Position numbers and translations under genes: made by a program. Shown in pieces: positions 1 to 7,160 of a stretch of 41,127 bases of DNA (positions are counted from its first letter, which is position 1; each line of letters opens with the position of its first letter). Origin of the DNA: Pseudonocardiaceae bacterium (GTDB taxonomy: Bacteria > Actinomycetota > Actinomycetes > Mycobacteriales > Pseudonocardiaceae); the NCBI GenBank assembly GCA_050699675.1, contig JBOHFU010000001.1:1-41127 (forward strand), in the 5' to 3' direction. The notes below the pieces were generated by a model that saw only the letters and a program-made list of their open reading frames with translations, did not search any database and was not told the origin of the DNA.

Positions 1-234
1 GAATGGCCCAGGGACGTGTGTGCTGATAGCATGTCCTGCATTCTGCTGTAAACATGAGATAACTATTCCTCCTGGTCAGAGCTGTGCGGCGGTAACTCTA
101 TGCTAGTATGTGATAACCGTCTGCTGAGGGAGAGCCCAATGAATCTTTCTTCCATTCTGTCGGTTCTGGACGATCTGCATTCCGTGAAAGGAGGTTATAA
201 AGCACTGTGCCCCGCACATGAGGATAATGTGCCA
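1..234. repeat. Terminal direct repeat, copy A (matches 40894-41127)
   Basis: Bases 1-234 recur at 40894-41127 (offset 40893). The single difference is T107 versus C41000. Confidence 0.9.
54..117 (-). promoter_or_regulatory. Two inverted copies of the GTTATC(A/T)C iteron in the primase-helicase leader
   Basis: ATGAGATAACT at 54-64 is the exact reverse complement of AGTTATCTCAT at 1881-1891. GTGATAAC at 110-117 is the reverse complement of GTTATCAC. Confidence 0.5.
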
Positions 235-1851
235 TCGCTTTCGGTGAGTAAAGGCAATAATCAGGAGGTATTACTGCATTGCCATGCCGGCTGCGAGTAC
301 GACGAAATCCGACGCGCGTTGGTGCGAAGAATGCAGACAGATCTCGCCTGCTCCTATTTGTACCGCAATGCCGAAGGCGATGTTATTGGGGAAGTAGTGC
401 GTTCTTATGACGGAGACGGGCGGAAGCGATTCTTTCAAAAGGTCCGAGTAGGAGAGAAGTGGCGCAACGGTTCTTCGGATGAATTGAAGGGTATCCCGTA
501 CAATTTGCCCGCTGTTCTCGACGCGGTGACGCGGGGAAAGAAAGTATTCATTGTCGAGGGTGAGAAAGACGCCGACCGATTAGCGGAAGAGGGACATATT
601 GCGACGTGCAATGTCGGCGGTGTTGCAATGGGGTGGAAAGACGAGCACAGCGGATGGCTTAATGGATGTCGTCGAGTTTATGTCATAGCGGACGATGACG
701 ATCCGGGAAGAAAGCACGCTTGGCGCACTTATGATTCCATTGTGAGAATAGGCGGAGTGGGGAAAGTTTCAGTTCACTACTCAGCTCTCGGAAAGGATAT
801 CTCGGATCACCTCGATCAGGACGGACAACTGCGAGAATTGCGCGAGTTGGAGCGCGATGTGGTTGAGGAGATTGGTGTTTCGACATTTGTCTCGGGAGCT
901 TCGTTCGTATTCGATACTCCAGCGGAGGTGCCGGCAATCTGGGGACTCAACGGTAAAGAGATTCTGTGGGCTGAGGGACAGGGATTGACTATTGTCGCGC
1001 CACAGGGAGTGGGAAAGACTTCTCTTGCGTCTCTGTTAGTTGAAGGGCTATTGGGGCTGTCTGAGAGCGTCCTGGGCTTCCCGATTCGTCAATGTGAGGG
1101 ACTTGCCTATCTAGCAATGGACAGGCCCTATCAAATCGCTTCAGCAATGCGTCGAGTATTCGAGCCTCATGGCAGAGAGATTCTGGAGACAAAACGATTC
1201 CAAGTATGGGCTGGTCCGCCAGAAGACGATTTCGGAAGATACCCCGAAGCTCTTCCAGAGATGATTGAGGAGGCCGGTTGCAATTTCGTAATCGTCGATA
1301 CATTAAAGGACGCGGTTCTGCGACTGACCGACGAAGCAGCCGCACAGGGATGGAATTCAGCAGTGCAGCATTGCTTGAAGAAAGGCATTCAGGTATGCGT
1401 ATTGCATCACCCGACGAAACACACTGGCCGTGACGCTGACAAGCCGATTGATTTGTCCGACGTTTATGGTTCCAACTGGATAACTGCAGGAATGGGCAGC
1501 GTCCTTTCAATGTGGGGAACAGTCGGCAGTCGATTTTTCGAGCTAACCCAATTGAAGTCCCCGGCAATGGTATTAGATCCGCTCATCATTAGCCGTAACG
1601 ATCGCACTGGGGAAATGCAGGTAGTAGGCGGTGGGCTCGATTGGACATGGTATTTCACCGAACCGCACAGCATTGCCGACCTGTGCAAATACATGTTCGG
1701 ACCTGAGGCCGGAAAGAGCAATATGGAGAAAGCGCGGCGTCAAGTGCAAGACTTATTGGACAGAGCCATCATCATCAAACACGCCGAATCGAAATCGCCT
1801 GCCGGCGGAAGACCCACGACGCTTTACATTCTCCGTTCTCCAGAAGCGTGA
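136..1851 (+). CDS. Primase-helicase fusion (Zn-finger + Toprim + RecA-like/AAA_25 ATPase)
   Basis: CPAHEDNVPSLSV...HCHAGC zinc motif. Toprim motifs IVEGEKDA and IADDDDPGR. Walker A APQGVGKTS and Walker B FVIVDTLKD. The ORF opens at 100, but the ATG at 136 follows a GAGGGAGAG Shine-Dalgarno-like block. Confidence 0.8.
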   Translation, partial: PMNLSSILSVLDDLHSVKGGYKALCPAHEDNVPSLSVSKGNNQEVLLHCHAGCEYDEIRRALVRRMQTDLACSYLYRNAEGDVIGEVVRSYDGDGRKRFFQKVRVGEKWRNGSSDELKGIPYNLPAVLDAVTRGKKVFIVEGEKDADRLAEEGHIATCNVGGVAMGWKDEHSGWLNGCRRVYVIADDDDPGRKHAWRTYDSIVRIGGVGKVSVHYSALGKDISDHLDQDGQLRELRELERDVVEEIGVSTFVSGASFVFDTPAEVPAIWGLNGKEILWAEGQGLTIVAPQGVGKTSLASLLVEGLLGLSESVLGFPIRQCEGLAYLAMDRPYQIASAMRRVFEPHGREILETKRFQVWAGPPEDDFGRYPEALPEMIEEAGCNFVIVDTLKDAVLRLTDEAAAQGWNSAVQHCLKKGIQVCVLHHPTKHTGRDADKPIDLSDVYGSNWITAGMGSVLSMWGTVGSRFFELTQLKSPAMVLDPLIISRNDRTGEMQVVGGGLDWTWYFTEPHSIADLCKYMFGPEAGKSNMEKARRQVQDLLDRAIIIKHAESKSPAGGRPTTLYILRSPEA

Positions 1852-1870
1852 AATGGTCCTAACCGATCTT

Positions 1871-2027
1871 AGTTATCACGAGTTATCTCATAGCCTCAAA
1901 ATGGGGGTGTTTTCCAAGCTGCCAAATGGAGATCGCCAAGTTATCATCCCCGGGTCCTTTCTGCTGTTCAGAGTTATCACGAGTTATCACAACAGGTTAG
2001 GAATCACCTACTGCGCAGAGTTATCAC
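1871..2027 (+). repeat. Six direct AGTTATCA(C/T)-type iterons (candidate origin or operator array)
   Basis: Copies at 1871-1879, 1881-1889 (AGTTATCTC), 1939-1947 (AGTTATCAT), 1972-1980, 1982-1990 and 2019-2027. Two pairs are spaced exactly 10 bp apart. Confidence 0.6.
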
Positions 2028-2040
2028 AGAGCACAATGCA

Positions 2041-2068
2041 CACAAAGACACTCTTAAGTGTCTGTGTG
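2041..2068. repeat. Inverted repeat / hairpin (CACAAAGACACT-CTTA-AGTGTCTGTGTG)
   Basis: Perfect 7-bp core stem AGACACT/AGTGTCT with a 4-nt loop. It extends to 12 bp with one mismatch. No T-tract follows. Confidence 0.6.
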
Positions 2069-2083
2069 CAGTGCATGTGCCTC

Positions 2084-2103
2084 TGTGTGTGCGTACACGC
2101 GCG
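2084..2103. other. 20-nt perfect alternating pyrimidine-purine tract (Z-DNA-prone)
   Basis: TGTGTGTGCGTACACGCGCG alternates Y-R at every position. Confidence 0.6.
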
Positions 2104-2124
2104 AGAGGGAATAGGAGAATAGAA

Positions 2125-2307
2125 ATGGCAAACAGTGAGCTGCCAATTTACATGCAGATTGGGAATGGAGAAAGGAGAGAGGTTGCAAGGCTTACGCTTA
2201 AGCCGGGAACACAGACAACGGAAGTATCCGGTGATGAAGTTGCTAAACTTGTGGTGAATTCACTTCGAGAAGTAGCCGATGAAATGGAGAAGAACTGTGG
2301 TGAATGA
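2125..2307 (+). CDS. Hypothetical protein (60 aa)
   Basis: ATG at 2125 preceded by AGGAGA. It lies inside ORF 2071-2307. Confidence 0.55.
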   Translation: MANSELPIYMQIGNGERREVARLTLKPGTQTTEVSGDEVAKLVVNSLREVADEMEKNCGE

Positions 2308-2557
2308 GATCGATTTCCTACTCGGACAGTTGGATCTGCTGAAGCGTCGAGTTACTGAGAACTGGCAGCAAATCACCAATCTCGAAATAACCACAGATAG
2401 GAGTCCTATCCTCACAGATATGCCGGCAATACTCGATCCATCACGAACGACATATACCATTTCCGTTACGTTCGGACAATTGTTGCCGACGCCTGAAGCA
2501 CGAGTCAAGTTGGAGACCCTACTTGAGGTTAAGGAGAAATGGAATGCCACACGATGA
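2279..2557 (+). CDS. Hypothetical protein (start uncertain; GTG at 2297 or 2300 also possible)
   Basis: ORF track. It overlaps both neighbours by a few codons in the coupled gene chain. Confidence 0.45.
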   Translation: MKWRRTVVNEIDFLLGQLDLLKRRVTENWQQITNLEITTDRSPILTDMPAILDPSRTTYTISVTFGQLLPTPEARVKLETLLEVKEKWNATR

Positions 2558-2756
2558 TAAGACTTATACGCTGGATACTGAGCCGGTTAACGCGGTCATC
2601 CATATGGAGGACGAGAATGTCCCCGAAGAAATGCAGGACTCAACAGTCTGCGGAGAAGAGGGAAATCAGACAAATCGAATCACCGGGCTCTGGGAGTACG
2701 TTACGTGTGGAGAATGTCTGCGATTCAAGTCGAGCAAGGAGACGGTTCAGAAATGA
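2544..2756 (+). CDS. Hypothetical small Cys-containing protein (70 aa)
   Basis: ATG at 2544 after AAGGAG. C-terminal CGE...CGEC pairs. The stop overlaps the next start (ATGA). Confidence 0.55.
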   Translation: MPHDDKTYTLDTEPVNAVIHMEDENVPEEMQDSTVCGEEGNQTNRITGLWEYVTCGECLRFKSSKETVQK

Positions 2757-3253
2757 AAGATGGCAAGAATTGTCCGGGGCTGCATTGCCGTTGCATGTAT
2801 CCCGATCGATGTCCTCATTTCCACCATTCGGATCACGATTGTCCTCATCGGATGAATCACAATCCGGAACACATCTGCACCACGGAATGCGTCTGCCCGG
2901 TGCACAATACCCAACTGCTCTTTAATCCTGACAGTGGGGATCATGCCTGCAGGGATATCATGTGCATTTATGCTCACGGATTCCAGAAGTTGAACCGAGT
3001 AATCCGGACGGAAGTAAAGAAGCGGATTGACCTCGATCCTCGAGGACCATTCGAGAGAGCCGGCTCGGTATTCAATCTGGCGGGGCTCTATCAGTTGCTT
3101 GCCGGCTGGAAAGATATGGATGGGCGTCCGTCGAATAGCAGCGATGAATTGGTCGTGTACCTTTCCCGAGCATTCGAGGCAGTGGAGAAAGAGATTCTCG
3201 CCAAGCTCGGTCCAGAAGGACTGGAACACATGAAAGAAATGATGAGCCCATGA
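2753..3253 (+). CDS. Cys/His-rich hypothetical protein (166 aa)
   Basis: ATGA overlap at both ends. The N-terminal 80 aa carry many Cys and His (CPGLHCRC, CPHFHHSDHDCPH, CTTECVCPVH). Confidence 0.6.
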   Translation: MKDGKNCPGLHCRCMYPDRCPHFHHSDHDCPHRMNHNPEHICTTECVCPVHNTQLLFNPDSGDHACRDIMCIYAHGFQKLNRVIRTEVKKRIDLDPRGPFERAGSVFNLAGLYQLLAGWKDMDGRPSNSSDELVVYLSRAFEAVEKEILAKLGPEGLEHMKEMMSP

Positions 3254-3348
3254 CATACTGGATTCAGTTGGCGATTCTTGTGATAGGGCTGCCTATTGCG
3301 CAGGAAGTGGCATTTGTCCTCGAGGCAAAGAGAAAGAGAGAACAGTGA
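3250..3348 (+). CDS. 32-aa single-pass membrane peptide (below the ORF-track cutoff)
   Basis: MTYWIQLAILVIGLPIAQEVAFVLEAKRKREQ. ATGA overlap upstream and GTGA overlap downstream. Confidence 0.4.
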   Translation: MTYWIQLAILVIGLPIAQEVAFVLEAKRKREQ

Positions 3349-3647
3349 TAACCACCATTCTGATTGGATCCACTGTCTTCGGACTATTGGCATTGATATA
3401 TCTCATTTATGTATGGTGGTATAAGCGACCGCAGTGGGATCCAACTGCCCTCGTCCATTGGAGAGATCACGAGGGAATCATTCGAGAGGGTTACGTGCTA
3501 CAGGAATCTACCGGTGGTTTACATTTCCTCGTCCAGCAAAGGAATGGATTCAAGCAGTGGATTAGTCTTGATATGCTCGAAGCAGCGCCGATGAATCGAG
3601 GGGAAGATGGGAATTCGCAGGGAGAAAGCAAAAGTCCGGAAAGCTAG
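3345..3647 (+). CDS. Membrane-anchored hypothetical protein (100 aa)
   Basis: GTG start overlapping the preceding stop. N-terminal TM helix ILIGSTVFGLLALIYLIYVWW. Confidence 0.55.
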   Translation: MITTILIGSTVFGLLALIYLIYVWWYKRPQWDPTALVHWRDHEGIIREGYVLQESTGGLHFLVQQRNGFKQWISLDMLEAAPMNRGEDGNSQGESKSPES

Positions 3648-3717
3648 CGCTAGAATTGCCAGAATGATGGCGAAGCCTGTTACTCCACCGAAATCGGGAA
3701 AGAAAGGGAAGCCATGA
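3607..3717 (+). CDS. 36-aa highly basic peptide (tentative)
   Basis: ATG at 3607 lies 3 nt after a GAATCGAGGGGA leader motif (3593-3604). The stop overlaps the ATG at 3714. Confidence 0.3.
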   Translation: MGIRREKAKVRKASARIARMMAKPVTPPKSGKKGKP

Positions 3718-3872
3718 GCTGGATAACCCGTCTCTGGAATGGGAATGAGAAATGTCGCTATTGCTCGGAGGACGGGCCTTTCTACGTGAGCGGTATTCCT
3801 GTGTGCAGTAAGCACAAGCGATCCCTCGGAATCATTGCTGGCGGAGGTAAGAAGAATCGGGGGAAGCGATAA
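3714..3872 (+). CDS. 52-aa zinc-ribbon-like peptide
   Basis: MSWITRLWNGNEKCRYCSEDGPFYVSGIPVCSKHK... has a CxxC...CxxH pattern. Coupled by ATGA upstream and TAATG downstream. Confidence 0.45.
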   Translation: MSWITRLWNGNEKCRYCSEDGPFYVSGIPVCSKHKRSLGIIAGGGKKNRGKR

Positions 3873-4099
3873 TGAATCGAGCCATTCGAGTAACATTTTC
3901 TCGACGAGACCGTCAGGAAATTGACTCCACCCAAAGGATTCGACCCAAACACGGGGTGGTGTGGTGGTGTTTTGTTGAGGCGATTCCAGCGATTGGTGAG
4001 GCGATTCTTTGTATGGATCATTCTCGCAAGGTTTTGAATAAAGTGTGGCTTTCCCCCGATGAATGTGAGTTGGTTCTACAAATCGGAGAGGCGGAATAG
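3872..4099 (+). CDS. Hypothetical protein (75 aa)
   Basis: ORF track; the start overlaps the previous stop. It ends at a TAG that is followed by 55 more open in-frame codons (see findings). Confidence 0.5.
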   Translation: MNRAIRVTFSRRDRQEIDSTQRIRPKHGVVWWCFVEAIPAIGEAILCMDHSRKVLNKVWLSPDECELVLQIGEAE

Positions 4100-4270
4100 T
4101 GGAATGCGATCCTTGCGCGGATTGCTCTTGGCCCGGCTCGTCCGTGCTTTCCCAGTGCCCATCTTTCCCAGAAGGAAGCAGACGAAATCCTTCGAGCATA
4201 TGACGAACTGTTTACCGTGTTGAAGGGATTGCTCGGTCCCGAATACAATCTGGAGAGGACGGAATAGGAA

Positions 4271-4441
4271 ATGTTACGGAGTAGAAAGTTCTGGGGTGCG
4301 ATTGGGATTCTCGTGGTTCTGTGGGGATTGAACAATCCCGTCTCCGCGGCTAATGCGCTCAGCGGATTAGTGGATGGGGCTGATGGCGCGGGAGATAGCG
4401 CCACCACATTTGTTGAGAATGTGGAATTGGAGACCGACTGA
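4271..4441 (+). CDS. 56-aa secreted or membrane peptide
   Basis: MLRSRKFWGAIGILVVLWGLNNPVSAANA... is signal-peptide-like. GGAGAGG lies upstream. Confidence 0.45.
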   Translation: MLRSRKFWGAIGILVVLWGLNNPVSAANALSGLVDGADGAGDSATTFVENVELETD

Positions 4442-4454
4442 TCGGAGAGATTCA

Positions 4455-4952
4455 ATGAGGGTAATCGACCTGAGAGGGCGTGGATGGGAAATATCTCGGG
4501 TCGGTGAGAAGGAGATATTCAAAGTAGATTTGACGAACGGGAGCATCTTCATGGGTGGGATGCTCCTGTTCTTCTGGCTTCTTCTTATCGTCGTAATGCC
4601 CGAGGATGGTATTCCCATTATCCACATTCTTCCGTGGTGGGTAAAGGCGGCGTTGGTGATTTTGATGATTCAGCAGAAGCGATGGGGGTGGTTGGGGATT
4701 ACTATTCTCCTGTCAATTCCGTGGACCATTCTGAAGGTTCTTCTGTTCTCCGCTCCGTTGTGGTTTATTCTGCTAGGATTTGGATCTCGGAGTTGGTCTA
4801 TTACTGCGAAATGCGACGACGGAGAGGAGTGGGAAGGTCACGTCAAAGGATACCGCAATTCATGGCGGATTCTTCGATCCATTGAGGATAACCTAAAGGA
4901 ATGGGGGATGCCAGAGAAGAGTCCCAAGGTTCTTGTGCGAGTAGACTCATAA
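4455..4952 (+). CDS. Multi-pass membrane protein (165 aa)
   Basis: ATG at 4455 after GGAGAG. Three or four hydrophobic helices (MLLFFWLLLIVV, AALVILMI, ITILLSIPWTILKVLLFSAPLWFILLGF). Confidence 0.6.
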   Translation: MRVIDLRGRGWEISRVGEKEIFKVDLTNGSIFMGGMLLFFWLLLIVVMPEDGIPIIHILPWWVKAALVILMIQQKRWGWLGITILLSIPWTILKVLLFSAPLWFILLGFGSRSWSITAKCDDGEEWEGHVKGYRNSWRILRSIEDNLKEWGMPEKSPKVLVRVDS

Positions 4953-4985
4953 GCGCAGCACTATCCGCAATCGAAGGGAATCACC

Positions 4986-5249
4986 ATGACAAACCAGAAA
5001 GATCGGCTCGAATCCTATGCCGATGCTGTTCGACTTGTCCATGAATTGCGTCAACGTGGTGCAGAGCCCGGTGATATTCAGGACGCACAACATGCGGCCG
5101 ATTCGATCAAAGAGCATGTGAGGGCCAATCGGACTACTCCCGTCCGAAGGACTCCGATGGCCGAAAAGCTTTTCGGTATCTCGGCGAAGCCCACTCACAA
5201 GGAGAAGAAGTTCCACAAGGAGAACGGTTTCTGGAAGAAGATCTTCTGA
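4986..5249 (+). CDS. Hypothetical protein (87 aa)
   Basis: ORF track. The reading is helical and charged. Confidence 0.55.
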   Translation: MTNQKDRLESYADAVRLVHELRQRGAEPGDIQDAQHAADSIKEHVRANRTTPVRRTPMAEKLFGISAKPTHKEKKFHKENGFWKKIF

Positions 5250-5264
5250 ATCGAGGGGAATGAC

Positions 5265-5381
5265 ATGGCAGCGAAATTCACGGCTCATTGTCCGCACTGT
5301 TCGTGGACTGACACATTTCGTTACGGATGGAAAGCTCGCGCAATGCGGAGGGCTCATATCCGCGACATGCACGGAAGATAA
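5265..5381 (+). CDS. 38-aa CxxC peptide
   Basis: ATG at 5265 preceded by GAATCGAGGGGA (5248-5259). Sequence MAAKFTAHCPHCSW... Confidence 0.4.
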   Translation: MAAKFTAHCPHCSWTDTFRYGWKARAMRRAHIRDMHGR

Positions 5382-5387
5382 TCGAGT

Positions 5388-5684
5388 ATGAGAAAGTTAC
5401 GGAGCGCCGGCAGTAGCTATCGAGAGCGCATTCAATTATCCGAGCAATGGGAATGCGCGGGCCCTTCTCTTCGAGAGAAGATGGAGGCTCGACTCTTGAA
5501 AGCCTGCCGGCGTTACGTATGGATGCAGACAGATCGTAAGTCCTCTCGGGATATCGAGATGCAACGGGGAATCATTCGAGGGATGGCTACTCAGCTCATT
5601 CTCTTTTGTGGGCCGTGGAATAAATCTGAACGTGATATGATCGTTGCCTTGGAGAAAGAATTCATGGCTAAAGCGAGGGGTTAG
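5388..5684 (+). CDS. Hypothetical protein (98 aa)
   Basis: ORF track. A partial leader, AATCGAG, precedes the ATG. Confidence 0.5.
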   Translation: MRKLRSAGSSYRERIQLSEQWECAGPSLREKMEARLLKACRRYVWMQTDRKSSRDIEMQRGIIRGMATQLILFCGPWNKSERDMIVALEKEFMAKARG

Positions 5685-5793
5685 TCCGAATGAATGCGGT
5701 GTGCCGGTAGTTGAAGCCCAGACTCCGATTGGCAAAGAGACGGTGCACACTGGCACATGGCGAAATGAGTGCACTCCAGAGAAGAGGTGAGCG

Positions 5794-5958
5794 ATGCCCG
5801 ACCACCAGCATGGCCCATCGATCAAGAATGCCAAAGTTTATGAGGCATTGAAGCGGAAAGGGTATAGTAAATCGAAAGCAGCGGCGATCAGTAATTCCAA
5901 GAGGAAAGCCAAAAAGGGGGGCAAGAAAGGTCGAAGGGGAGGGAAAGGTAGGAAATGA
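5794..5958 (+). CDS. 54-aa basic protein with Lys/Gly-rich tail
   Basis: MPDHQHGPSIKNAKVYEALKRKGYSKSKAAAISNS... then a KKGGKKGRRGGKGRK tail. The stop overlaps the next ATG (ATGA). Confidence 0.5.
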   Translation: MPDHQHGPSIKNAKVYEALKRKGYSKSKAAAISNSKRKAKKGGKKGRRGGKGRK

Positions 5959-6323
5959 GAGTTCAGGCTCTTATCCCAGGTGCGGTGATTCAGTTAATGG
6001 AGTCGAAGAAAGCCACTTGCATCGGAGTAATCGAGCAGCATCCAGTATGGCCTCAGCTCTGTCTGGTGATCTGGATTCTTGACGACGGCTCGGTGAGTCT
6101 GGATGCACTTCACCCGAAGCAGGACGTGGGGAAGGAAGTCGGCATTCTGAATCGGGATTCCCTGAAAGAGTTAATGGTTGGGAGGCATGATGGAAGACGA
6201 TTGCATTTCTGGGACGACAGTGGTGAAGAATCGAGCGGACAAGAGGAGGATGAATCGAGACGCGAAGACATTCTTCCGGGAAGTGGTGAATCCGCCAAAG
6301 AAGAGAAAGCCTCGACGGAATAG
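5955..6323 (+). CDS. Hypothetical protein with acidic C-terminus (122 aa)
   Basis: ORF track; ATGA coupling upstream. Confidence 0.55.
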   Translation: MRVQALIPGAVIQLMESKKATCIGVIEQHPVWPQLCLVIWILDDGSVSLDALHPKQDVGKEVGILNRDSLKELMVGRHDGRRLHFWDDSGEESSGQEEDESRREDILPGSGESAKEEKASTE

Positions 6324-6332
6324 GAAGAAGCG

Positions 6333-6764
6333 ATGATTTATCTAGCGTCGGATTACAATCATCAGTGGGAAATGAAAAAGAAGCGAGCGGATATCGAGGG
6401 TCGTGGGTATACGGTAATCAGCTGTTGGATTGATTCTCCGCAGAGGGCTGCAGGGATTGGGGGAGTTGGCATTTCCGACGACAATCTGGCGGAATACGAA
6501 TTGTGCGCTATCCGTGACTTAGCGGATCTGGACCAGTGTTCAGAGTTCGTGATGTTTTCCACAGGAGAATTGTCACGAGGCGGAAGGCATACAGAGTACG
6601 GCTATGCTCTGGGAAAGAAGATGCTGATTCATTTAGTAGGCCCGAGAGAGCATACGTTCCATTGTCTTCCTTCTCCGTTCATGACTCACTACCCGACGTG
6701 GGAATTGTTCCTCTATATGTTGGATCAGAGGAATACAATTCCATTTCCGATGAGCTTCCGTTGA
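6333..6764 (+). CDS. Nucleoside 2-deoxyribosyltransferase-like (Rossmannoid) protein
   Basis: An N-terminal MIYLASDY strand and a late ...GGRHTEYGYALGKKMLIHLVGP segment resemble the NDT-family pattern (iYlAG ... Gt.fE.GyA.a.gK.vi). Confidence 0.45.
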   Translation: MIYLASDYNHQWEMKKKRADIEGRGYTVISCWIDSPQRAAGIGGVGISDDNLAEYELCAIRDLADLDQCSEFVMFSTGELSRGGRHTEYGYALGKKMLIHLVGPREHTFHCLPSPFMTHYPTWELFLYMLDQRNTIPFPMSFR

Positions 6765-6808
6765 TCAGCAGGATCTTCGGTCTCGATATCAATCAGAAAG
6801 GCACAATC

Positions 6809-7138
6809 ATGAAATTCCGCACTATGATCGCTGCCGTTACATTGTCAGTCGGAAGTCTGCTCTTTTCTGCAATGCCAGCAGGGGCTGTTCCGGATTCTAC
6901 CTGGGATCGACTGGCAATGTGTGAGTCCTCGGGAGACTGGCACATCAACACCGGCAACGGCTACTACGGAGGACTTCAGTTCAGCGATCGGACCTGGGAT
7001 GCATTCCGCGACGGACAGTTTGCTCATAGGGCGGATCTCGCATCACGTCGAGCTCAGATCATCGTAGCGGAACGTACTCTCGCCGTTCAGGGATGGGGCG
7101 CATGGCCGAGTTGCTCCCGTCAAATCGGCGTCCGTTGA
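6809..7138 (+). CDS. rpf: Secreted Rpf-like (resuscitation-promoting-factor type) transglycosylase
   Basis: Signal peptide MKFRTMIAAVTLSVGSLLFSAMPAGA. The rest, WDRLAMCESSGDWHINTGNGYYGGLQFSDRTWDAF...GWGAWPSC, matches the Rpf domain hallmarks. Confidence 0.8.
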   Translation: MKFRTMIAAVTLSVGSLLFSAMPAGAVPDSTWDRLAMCESSGDWHINTGNGYYGGLQFSDRTWDAFRDGQFAHRADLASRRAQIIVAERTLAVQGWGAWPSCSRQIGVR

Positions 7139-7160
7139 CAGATCACGTAAGCTGATCTCC

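Noticed and set aside
1631-2122. Plus-strand ORF through the iteron region (a 90-aa version starts at ATG 1853)
   Set aside because: Its sequence is dictated by the DNA repeats (SYHELSH, VITSYHN) and by the pyrimidine-purine tract (CVQCMCLCVCVH). This looks like non-coding repeat DNA read through. A gene caller might still call it, so this rejection is only moderately confident.
2747-3256. 169-aa minus-strand ORF covering the Cys/His-rich gene
   Set aside because: The plus-frame ORF has ATGA overlaps at both ends within a one-directional gene chain. The minus ORF has no ribosome-binding site or operon context.
3519-4455. Minus-strand ORFs 3519-4199 (226 aa) and 4018-4455 (145 aa)
   Set aside because: Their low-complexity Ser/Pro/Leu-rich translations oppose a run of coupled plus-strand genes. 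No start context supports them.
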